This document shows, piece after piece, positions 53,297 to 64,000 of a stretch of 64,000 bases of DNA. Origin of the DNA: Octopus bimaculoides (taxonomy: Eukaryota); the NCBI RefSeq assembly GCF_001194135.2, contig NC_068985.1, forward strand, positions 11,551,986 to 11,615,985. Direction: 5' to 3'. Both the position numbers and the translations under genes were made by a program. The notes beneath the pieces are model-generated. The model searched no databases. It had not been told where the DNA came from and was given only the letters and a program-made list of their open reading frames with translations. Each line of letters begins with the position of its first letter. Positions within the stretch are counted from its first letter, which is position 1.

Positions 53297-54107
53297 CATG
53301 TATATATACATGTGCGTGAATGACAGGTAGAGAGAGAATGTCAGTGCTTGAATGAGAGAGAGCCTGAATGCATAGATATTTACAGCGAAGGAGAAAAGAG
53401 AAAGTAAGAGAAAGAAAAAGAGAAAGAGATAGAAAATTAAAAGCGAAAGAAATAAAAGAGACAACAGGAGAAGAAGTCTAATGATGAAAGTAAAAGTGAA
53501 AGAGAAAGTAGGAGAGGGAATGAAAAACAAAAAGAAAGAAAAAGAAAACGAAAGAAGAGGACACAAAAAAGATTAAAATAGAGAAAGAAAGAGAAGGAAA
53601 GAGAGAGACAGAGACAGGGAGAGATAGACAGACAGATAGACACTTGTTGTGTTCGTGTGTATGTGTGTGTGTTTGTGTGTTTGTGAAGAAGATGTAGAGA
53701 GTATCCATGAATCGGAAGAGAAGAGAAAATGAAGAGAGAAAGAGACAAAGGAGAGAGTTTTGGTCGTACGCGATATACATCAAGAAAATATCTGTGTGTT
53801 TGAGAAAGAAGAGGAAATGTATCAGTGTATGAGAATGCGCTAGAGAGGAGGAAAGTGAGAAAGTGTGTGAGAGGGGGTTTGTGTTTTTTAGGCTGAGAAA
53901 GAGATAGTGATGAAGCGAGAGCTGTCCAGCTCTCTCTTACCTCATAAACACGTATTGCGTGTGTGTGTGTTTTTGTGACGAGAGAAAATAAGAGAGAATT
54001 CGAGTGTTAAGGAGAGAGAGATTGTGGTGTGTGTGTGAGAGAAGGTAGGAAACAGAGACATGTCGGTGAGTGTGGATAGAAACAAATAGAAGGGTTGAAA
54101 GAGAGAG

Positions 54108-54145
<38 letters not shown>

Positions 54146-54155
54146 NNNNNNNNNN

Positions 54156-54201
<46 letters not shown>

Positions 54202-54385
54202 AAGGCGAAGAAAAGACAGTAAAATAGAGTCTGTATGTGTTTCAGTGGACGAAAGGGAAGAGTGCGAAAAGGAGCGAAAGAAAGCAAAAGCTAGTGAAAG
54301 AGAACGAAATAGAGCGAAAGACAATAAAAGAGAGGAAGGTAAGCGAAAGAGTAAGAAAGTAAGCGAAAGAGAGCAAAAGATGGCG

Positions 54386-54745
54386 AAAGTGAGAGAATGA
54401 AAGTGAAACAGAGAAAAAGAAAGCGAAAGAGAGAGAATGAAAGTGAAACAGGAAAAGAGAGCGAAAGAGAGAGAATGAAAGTGAAACAGAGGAAAAGAGA
54501 GAAAGAGAGCGAAAGACAGAGAAAGAGTAAGCGAAAGAGAGCGAAAGACAGAGAAAGAGTAAGCGAAAGAGGGCGAAAGACAGAGAAAGAGTAAGCGAAA
54601 GAGAGCGAAAGACAGAGAAAGAGTAAGCGAAAGAGAGCGAAAGACGGAGAAGGAGTAAGCGAAAGAGAGCGAAAGGCAGAGAAAGAGTAAGCGAAAGAGA
54701 GCGAAAGACAGAGACAGAGTAAGCGAAAGAGAGCGAAAGAGAGAG
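54386..54745. repeat. Purine-rich minisatellites: ~40-bp unit x3, then 32-bp unit (GCGAAAGACAGAGAAAGAGTAAGCGAAAGAGA) x~7
   Basis: 32-bp period confirmed at 54509 and 54541. Confidence 0.9.
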
Positions 54746-55236
54746 AAAAAAGAAAAAGAGGACAAGAAAAAGTGTAAAAGAGAGTGAAAGAGCGCGAAAG
54801 AGAGCAGACGCTAAAAGTGAGGAAAGAGAAAGATGCTGAAATGTATAGATATGTATGTGCGGATGTGTGTGTGAGTGGGTGGAAAGTGTACGTGATATTG
54901 TACGTGTGTGAGAGCTAAAGTGAGAAGTTTGTGAAAGGTTGTGTGTTGGTAGAGAAATAATGGAATGGAAGGTGAGAGAGAACTTGACAGAGTCCGAGGG
55001 AGACAGAGAGAGAGAAAGAGAAAGAGAAAGTGAGACAGACAGAGAGACGAAAGATATATATATGTATATATGTATGTGAATATGTGCGAAAGAGTGTGTG
55101 GAAGAAAAAAATTAGAAAGAGCATAGGAGACAAATATCAAGAGGGAGAATGGAGAGAGAGACTGTTTTTCGTTCGTTTCTTTCAGTCTCGTTCGTATTTG
55201 TTAGTCTCACTCCTGCCCTCCCGTCTCTCTCTATGT

Positions 55237-55292
<56 letters not shown>

Positions 55293-55691
55293 NNNNNNNN
55301 NNNNNNNNNNNNNNNNNNNNNNNNNNNNNNNNNNNNNNNNNNNNNNNNNNNNNNNNNNNNNNNNNNNNNNNNNNNNNNNNNNNNNNNNNNNNNNNNNNNN
55401 NNNNNNNNNNNNNNNNNNNNNNNNNNNNNNNNNNNNNNNNNNNNNNNNNNNNNNNNNNNNNNNNNNNNNNNNNNNNNNNNNNNNNNNNNNNNNNNNNNNN
55501 NNNNNNNNNNNNNNNNNNNNNNNNNNNNNNNNNNNNNNNNNNNNNNNNNNNNNNNNNNNNNNNNNNNNNNNNNNNNNNNNNNNNNNNNNNNNNNNNNNNN
55601 NNNNNNNNNNNNNNNNNNNNNNNNNNNNNNNNNNNNNNNNNNNNNNNTATATATATATATATATATATATATCTGTCTATTTATTTATTTA

Positions 55692-55734
<43 letters not shown>

Positions 55735-56440
55735 GGAGAGAGAGAGAGAGAAATGGATAGATTGATAGATAGATAATGTGAGGAACAGGATATATGAACA
55801 ATAAAATATGCGGATGAGTGCGTACACAGAGAGAAGCACCTTGACAGAGAAAGGGTAAAAAAAGAGAGGTAGAGAGAGAACGAGGGAGAGAAAGAGAGAC
55901 AGACAGACAGACAAACAGAGCGTGAGAGAGTTTGTGTGTGTAAGTGTGTGCGTATATGAGTGAGAAAATATTTGGGAAGAAAATTACAGGTGAAAGAACA
56001 AAAGACGATGCCACATGTAGACTGATATACATACAAACAATCACAAACACACACACATATATATATATATGTACACATTAAAAATTGTCTATCCTCTACA
56101 CACACATATTATATATATATATATATATACACATATATATATATNNNNNNNNNNNNNNNNNNNNNNNNNNNNNNNNNNNNNNNNNNNNNNNNNNNNNNNN
56201 NNNNNNNNNNNNNNNNNNNNNNNNNNNNNNNNNNNNNNNNNNNNNNNNNNNNNNNNNNNNNNNNNNNNNNNNNNNNNNNNNNNNNNNNNNNNNNNNNNNN
56301 NNNNNNNNNNNNNNNNNNNNNNNNNNNNNNNNNNNNNNNNNNNNNNNNNNNNNNNNNNNNNNNNNNNNNNNNNNNNNNNNNNNNNNNNNNNNNNNNNNNN
56401 NNNNNNNNNNNNNNNNNNNNNNNNNNNNNNNNNNNNNNNN

Positions 56441-56483
<43 letters not shown>

Positions 56484-57360
56484 TCTTTTTATTATAGCCA
56501 CACAGGGCTAAATACAGAAAGTGGATAAAATACAATGTAGAGCTTTTCCTTTGGGGGACAAGAAAAAAAAGGATGGGATGGGGTAGAATTTCGATCAAAA
56601 GGGATCGTGAAAAAGAAGAAAAAAAAACATGGGAAAGCCGATCAATAGGGATCGTGTATCAGAGTCAATGTAAAAGACGGGGGACAGATTAGGTTTATCC
56701 GTGGAGAGAAAAGCCTACGGAAAAGACCACGATAGATAGACAGACACACAGATAGATAGTTTGTGTTATTGACTTATGTCAAGGTAGACAGAGAAGTAAA
56801 ATCAAGACAGTGTCAGTCGGAGGTAGATAGGTAGATAGATAGATAGAAGGATAGATAGATAGAAGGATAGATAGATAGAAGGATAGTTAGATACGATGAG
56901 GAAGAGAGTGAGAAAAAAAGGAAGAGACGAAAAGTGAGAAGGAGAAAGTGGAAGAAAGGGAGATAGAGAGGTGGTGGTCGGTTAACAGGTGGGAAATATA
57001 TACTGAGAGCCAGGCTGAGAAACAAGTAGGAGAAAAGAGATATGCAGACAAGCAGGAAGAGAGAAAGGTCAACATCTTGATTTGTACACATGGAGACAGG
57101 TAGACAGACACACAGGCATAGAAGCAGACAGGTAGAAAGACAAATTAGCAGACAAACAGGTAAGTTGGAGCAGTTTAATAAAATGAAAAATAAAGGTATA
57201 AAAATAGAAAGAAAATGTGTGCACAGCAAACGCCAACACAGTTATTACACACACACACACACACACACAAACACAGAGACACACACACACATATGTATGT
57301 GCAGAAAGTGATAGAGAGAGTGAGACAGACAGACAGACAGATAGATAAATAGATAGGCCC

Positions 57361-57393
<33 letters not shown>

Positions 57394-58122
57394 CAGAAAG
57401 ACACTCATATATATGGATAGATACATACATATATACATACATAGAAAGATAGATAGATAGACAGACAGGTAGATAGATAAATAGACAGAGAGACAGACAG
57501 ATAGACAGATAGATATATATATATAGATAGATAGATACATAAATACACACATAGATAGATAGACAAGCATACGTCGATACACTAACATACAAAAACCCAC
57601 GAACGTACTTTTAATATATTCCATCATAATTAAGAGAAAATTGCAAAGAATGATTTAGAAAGAAAATGGTAGAAGTATAATAGAAATCTCCAAAGTGAAG
57701 AAGGGAGAAAATCAAAAGGTTATTAGAATAATTTAATGAAAATTCATAATGAATGGACACCACCTCAGTTTCATTAAAAGCTTATNNNNNNNNNNNNNNN
57801 NNNNNNNNNNNNNNNNNNNNNNNNNNNNNNNNNNNNNNNNNNNNNNNNNNNNNNNNNNNNNNNNNNNNNNNNNNNNNNNNNNNNNNNNNNNNNNNNNNNN
57901 NNNNNNNNNNNNNNNNNNNNNNNNNNNNNNNNNNNNNNNNNNNNNNNNNNNNNNNNNNNNNNNNNNNNNNNNNNNNNNNNNNNNNNNNNNNNNNNNNNNN
58001 NNNNNNNNNNNNNNNNNNNNNNNNNNNNNNNNNNNNNNNNNNNNNNNNNNNNNNNNNNNATATATGTGTGTGTGTGTATATATATATATATATGTATACG
58101 TATATACATGTATTTATGCATG

Positions 58123-58174
<52 letters not shown>

Positions 58175-58605
58175 GATAGATAGATAGATAGATAGATATA
58201 GATATAGATATAGGTATATATAAAGAGAGAGAGAGGGAGAGAGAGATGAGAGATAGAATGAGAGTAACACACAGAAAGAAAGGTTGGAGGGCAGAATGAA
58301 AAACTAATTAGAGAAATTGACGTGAAAAGTCAGGCTAATTAGATATAGTGGTTAATAAATCGAAATATGGATACATGGATTCCTACATACGCAGTCACAG
58401 AAGGTGTTCCGTTACAAGCGTGCACACATGCACGCGTACACAGACACACACGCACACATACGTACACACACACACATGTTTTCGCACACTTGCACGTTCT
58501 CTCAAACACAGAGACACTCATAAACATATATATGTGTGTCTTTCTATGACCGCTTGTATATACACTCATATATATAAATATATATACATATATACACATA
58601 TATCA

Positions 58606-58644
<39 letters not shown>

Positions 58645-60144
58645 NNNNNNNNNNNNNNNNNNNNNNNNNNNNNNNNNNNNNNNNNNNNNNNNNNNNNNNN
58701 NNNNNNNNNNNNNNNNNNNNNNNNNNNNNNNNNNNNNNNNNNNNNNNNNNNNNNNNNNNNNNNNNNNNNNNNNNNNNNNNNNNNNNNNNNNNNNNNNNNN
58801 NNNNNNNNNNNNNNNNNNNNNNNNNNNNNNNNNNNNNNNNNNNNNNNNNNNNNNNNNNNNNNNNNNNNNNNNNNNNNNNNNNNNNNNNNNNNNNNNNNNN
58901 NNNNNNNNNNNNNNNNNNNNNNNNNNNNNNNNNNNNNNNNNNNNNNNNNNNNNNNNNNNNNNNNNNNNNNNNNNNNNNNNNNNNNNNNNNNNNNNNNNNN
59001 NNNNNNNNNNNNNNNNNNNNNNNNNNNNNNNNNNNNNNNNNNNNNNNNNNNNNNNNNNNNNNNNNNNNNNNNNNNNNNNNNNNNNNNNNNNNNNNNNNNN
59101 NNNNNNNNNNNNNNNNNNNNNNNNNNNNNNNNNNNNNNNNNNNNNNNNNNNNNNNNNNNNNNNNNNNNNNNNNNNNNNNNNNNNNNNNNNNNNNNNNNNN
59201 NNNNNNNNNNNNNNNNNNNNNNNNNNNNNNNNNNNNNNNNNNNNNNNNNNNNNNNNNNNNNNNNNNNNNNNNNNNNNNNNNNNNNNNNNNNNNNNNNNNN
59301 NNNNNNNNNNNNNNNNNNNNNNNNNNNNNNNNNNNNNNNNNNNNNNNNNNNNNNNNNNNNNNNNNNNNNNNNNNNNNNNNNNNNNNNNNNNNNNNNNNNN
59401 NNNNNNNNNNNNNNNNNNNNNNNNNNNNNNNNNNNNNNNNNNNNNNNNNNNNNNNNNNNNNNNNNNNNNNNNNNNNNNNNNNNNNNNNNNNNNNNNNNNN
59501 NNNNNNNNNNNNNNNNNNNNNNNNNNNNNNNNNNNNNNNNNNNNNNNNNNNNNNNNNNNNNNNNNNNNNNNNNNNNNNNNNNNNNNNNNNNNNNNNNNNN
59601 NNNNNNNNNNTATATATATATATATTTATAGGACAGGTGGTATGTGTATGTGTGTATGTGTGGTGTGAAGTTTCTGAAATCTGTTCGTCGTTAGATGATA
59701 TTGAAAACGTGCGCTGAGAGACACGCCTGCTTGCACTCACCGAGACGTTAGGGATGCCCAAATCCAGGGAGTTCCATAGACAGAATAAGCAATGCTGTTA
59801 TATATTTCCACTAGATGGTTGAATACTAATTCGGTTCTTAAGTCGAAATTAATCAATAGTGGGAACACCGCAAATACAACTAGTGAAATGAAAGGATAGA
59901 TTGTGTATGTTTGTTGTGTGTGTGTGTGTGTGTGTGTGCGTGTAAGAGTGTGTTTGTGTATGTAAATATGTACGTATATATGTGATGTTGTGTGTGTTTG
60001 TGAATAACGGGGGTGTTGTTGATGATGTTGCTGATGCTGCTGCTGGTAGGAGGAGTTCTATGTTCATCAGAGTTCTCTATGTAGGTGTATGCAGTACAAT
60101 ATATGCGTGTGTATGCGTTAGTGAGCATACGTCTCTATCTGTAG

Positions 60145-60229
<85 letters not shown>

Positions 60230-60508
60230 TGTGTATGGTTCAGTGTTATTTTGTTGGTTTGTATCAGTGAGTGTATATGTTTTCGTCCGTCTTTAAATCT
60301 GCATGATTGTGTGTGTGTGTGTTTGTATGAGAGAGTTTACGTGTGTGCGTACGTATGTTTATGTGTGAGTGTGTGAAAAGAGTTCTGTATATGAAGATGT
60401 ATGTGTACCAGAATATGTATCTAAAACTCGTGTATTTGTATCTATGTACATATGTATGTACGTATGTGTATGTATGTATGTATGTATGTATGCATGTATG
60501 TATGTATG

Positions 60509-60549
<41 letters not shown>

Positions 60550-61163
60550 CTCTATCTCTCGACCTATCTATCTATCCTATCTATCTATCTATCTACCCAC
60601 CTATTTATTTATCGATCGATCCCCAACGACTGTCCTACCTATTTATCGCAATTATTATCGATCTATCTATCTATTTATTTGTGTATCTTTCACTCTCGTT
60701 ACGCGCACACACACACGCACACATACACACACACACACACACATATATATGTGTGTGTGTTTAAATGCATGCATGTACACTCATGCTGAATGTGTATAGG
60801 ATGTGTATATCTGTATACTCATGTACATGTACATCTATGCATGCAGCCATGCAGAGTCTTATGTGTGTGTGCAAGGTGCGCTGCCAAGAGAGCATTGCCA
60901 TGTTGATTCTGTTGGTGTTAAGTTCACTGTTGTGTTATAATATGGTGTCTATTTATGTGTGCGTATCTGAGGTAAAGTGGAAGTNNNNNNNNNNNNNNNN
61001 NNNNNNNNNNNNNNNNNNNNNNNNNNNNNNNNNNNNNNNNNNNNNNNNNNNNNNNNNNNNNNNNNNNNNNNNNNNNNNNNNNNNNNNNNNNNNNNNNNNN
61101 NNNNNNNNNNNNNNNNNNNNNNNNNNNNNNNNNNNNNNNNNNNNNNNNNNNNNNNNNNNNNNN

Positions 61164-61260
61164 TGGGGATTAACTAATATTAATAATTATTGTTTCTTAT
61201 ATTTAATTGTTATGATTTTATTTACTCCATGCACCCAGTCTTTGTGGACACCCTGTATAT
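61164..61260 (-). mobile_element. Tc1/mariner-type MITE terminus
   Basis: Minus strand begins TA|CAGGGTGTCCACAAAG, a typical Tc1/mariner-family TIR start at a TA target. The other end is presumably in or beyond the gap at 60985-61163. Confidence 0.55.
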
Positions 61261-61270
61261 GTGTGTGTGT

Positions 61271-61323
<53 letters not shown>

Positions 61324-61491
61324 CGAGCCACGAATAAACACTAATTATGACGTTTGTATGCGCTAGGTGTGGTATATCTGTGTGCGTATGTGTATAGAAA
61401 CACACATACACACATATACATATATAGACATATATGTATACATATACACATATCTGTGTATATATATATATATATATATAGTTTGTGAATC

Positions 61492-61525
<34 letters not shown>

Positions 61526-61918
61526 CTTTTTATATATGAATATGTGTCGATAGAAGTTATTCTCACACACATACACACGTTCATTCTCTTGTGCGTACAT
61601 TTGTATGCACGCTTGCGATATTTTGTGTGGGTGTTTCCCTGCTAGCATAGTGGCATTATTGACAATGGTTTTGCATTTGAAATAGATACAGACCAGAAAT
61701 ACTACTGTGACTCGAACCACCAATCTATTGATTTTCGGGTATCATCATTAAAGCATGCGCATACGACTCTGTAAAACTAGATGTGTTCAACATTGTCCCG
61801 ATGTCACATTGCGATCAGTTACGTTGATGGTCTTTAAACGCGAACCTAATGTAGGGTGCACACGGGAAGGGTCTCTCATATTCAGTTATTGCATCAGCTT
61901 ATATATTTATGCATGCGT

Positions 61919-61958
<40 letters not shown>

Positions 61959-63058
61959 ACACACACATATATTTATATATAAACACAAATATGTATATCC
62001 ATACACACAAAACAGAAAAGCATATGTCTATGTGTGTGTATACATATGTATATATATGGATACACACACATATACACACACACGCTTATATAGACACACA
62101 CACATAATAAATATATAGATATAGATACATATACACACACATACATAGATATATGCCTTTTATTTTGTTTGTATGGATATACANNNNNNNNNNNNNNNNN
62201 NNNNNNNNNNNNNNNNNNNNNNNNNNNNNNNNNNNNNNNNNNNNNNNNNNNNNNNNNNNNNNNNNNNNNNNNNNNNNNNNNNNNNNNNNNNNNNNNNNNN
62301 NNNNNNNNNNNNNNNNNNNNNNNNNNNNNNNNNNNNNNNNNNNNNNNNNNNNNNNNNNNNNNNNNNNNNNNNNNNNNNNNNTCTATCTATCTATCTATAC
62401 ATTTGTGTACATATATGTATGTGCATTTATGTATACATGTGTATATATGTCTTTGTATTTATATATTCATGTGTATTCGTGTGTATTCATGTTTCGCTGC
62501 ATGTAAAGTAACCTATATATATATGTGAACATTTTCACGTTTAATCAGATAACAGGCTCAATTAAAAACAAATCAACTCTAGTAGTTTTTCATTGCCTTT
62601 CTCCACCCCTTCATATTCCCATGCATACACACGCAGACATATATCCTTTCATAGTCTCACACACACATGTATATTCATGTATATATGTACATATGTATTT
62701 ATGTAAGTGCCAGTTTCTTCAATTTTGATCTGTAGTCTTGTCCTCAGCTATTTCTGTTGTCTAGCCTTCAAGTCGACCCAGATTGAAGCAGATATTTGTT
62801 AGATGTTCACTTGATAATTTAACAGACATAATTTCAACTATAGCTTACCTAGGAGAGGAAAATGCAATGTGTCATTTGTTATTCGGTAATATAATTTTAC
62901 GCAGTCTTGCAAGCGACCATATTGTAATCCCATCGCTGGCCCCTGCCACAGCATATTCCAGTCAATAGTTCTTTAGCTAAGACTCCTGTCCAATGTAAAA
63001 CTTCAATGCATACACACAAACATACACACAAACATACACACACTCACACACAAATACG

Positions 63059-63218
63059 CATTGCAACATGAAGTTTAATAAAACTTAAACACACACACAC
63101 ACATTCACACACACATGCACATGCACAACCACTCGTACACACACACACACATACATACCCATTGCAGCATGAATTTTAATAAAACTCAAATACACATACA
63201 CATGCACACGCACAACCA

Positions 63219-63273
<55 letters not shown>

Positions 63274-63292
63274 AGATGACCATTGCGACATG
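63059..63292. repeat. ~100-bp tandem duplication with a nested (CA)n tract
   Basis: CATTGCA.CATGAA.TTTAATAAAACT.AAA at 63059 and 63160; partial third copy CATTGCGACATG at 63281. Confidence 0.85.
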
Positions 63293-64000
63293 ACAGTTTG
63301 CACCTGATGGAAAGGCACTATAAGTTATGAAATTCTTTTATTGTCATCATATGTTTTTTACACATTTGAAACGTGCGTAATGCTTAACTGCATTTAACTT
63401 TTTCTTTTATTCATATATTTATCTAAAACATACATCTTAAAATAATCTCACCTTGAACCACGGGTTGTAAAGCGTTTGCCATCTTATCAGAGAATTACTT
63501 TATTAATTTTGATATAAAGGAAGAGGTGTATCTTTTATATAAATTAATAAATTTAGTGATCGGTTATTTTTCTCCTTCGTCTACATTATATGCAAGCCAT
63601 ATATCTGCTAGAAGCTAAGTAAGTGTTAGCCACGTTCAACTGAATCTTATTCAACTGGCATATATATNNNNNNNNNNNNNNNNNNNNNNNNNNNNNNNNN
63701 NNNNNNNNNNNNNNNNNNNNNNNNNNNNNNNNNNNNNNNNNNNNNNNNNNNNNNNNNNNNNNNNNNNNNNNNNNNNNNNNNNNNNNNNNNNNNNNNNNNN
63801 NNNNNNNNNNNNNNNNNNNNNNNNNNNNNNNNNNNNNNNNNNNNNNNNNNNNNNNNNNNNNNNNNNNNNNNNNNNNNNNNNNNNNNNNNNNNNNNNNNNN
63901 NNNNNNNNNNNNNNNNNNNNNNNNNNNNNNNNNNNNNNNNNNNNNNNNTATATATAGTAAATCCAACCCCACCACAAAAAAAAAACGAAGAAGCACAAGA

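Larger units (their letters stand above)
1..64000. repeat. Pervasive simple-sequence repeats: (TA)n, (CA)n, (GA)n, (TATC)n, (TATG)n, (TAA)n; about 25 assembly gaps, mostly inside SSRs
   Basis: Examples: (GA)n 733-803, (CA)n 16382-16468, (GT)n 17470-17547, (TATC)n 29035-29140, 38875-38975 and 44600-44672, (GT)n 60146-60227. Confidence 0.99.

Noticed and set aside
54007-54765. 252-aa S/L/F-rich ORF, and E/R/K-rich ORFs on the opposite strand
   Set aside because: Translation of GA-rich minisatellites.
18236-62990. Minus-strand exon candidates (18236-18449 after a poly-T acceptor, ~40438-40482, ~59739-59792, ~62870-62975)
   Set aside because: Each has one good splice site or a short open frame, but they form no convincing phase-consistent chain or recognisable peptide.
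588-63998. Most ORFs in the six-frame track (poly-YI, CV, HT, SL, LSIY and X-runs)
   Set aside because: They are translations of (TA)n, (CA)n, (GA)n and (TATC)n microsatellites or read-through of N-gaps, not genes.

Overview
AT-rich eukaryotic draft-assembly window, not prokaryotic. It has about 25 N-gaps, nearly all bordered by (TA)n, (CA)n, (GA)n, (TATC)n or (TATG)n microsatellites. The repeat content (several tRNA-derived SINE families, restriction-like-endonuclease LINE 3' ends, Penelope-like foldbacks) resembles a coleoid cephalopod, probably Octopus; this is inferred from recall, not from a search. Almost all ORFs in the supplied track are microsatellite or gap read-throughs. The only recognisable protein-coding remnants are three LINE fragments: a Dong/R4-like 3' end at 14.9 kb and HERO/R2-group RLE ends at 6.3 kb and 46.2-46.5 kb. 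Also supported: a non-autonomous Helitron, many SINEs (two with target-site duplications), four long inverted-repeat structures, a 143-bp satellite whose minus strand carries a hammerhead-ribozyme-like fold, and a 24-bp minisatellite that arose inside a SINE. A low-confidence chain of small + strand exon candidates could encode a single-pass membrane protein. No rRNA, genuine tRNA gene or CRISPR array was found.
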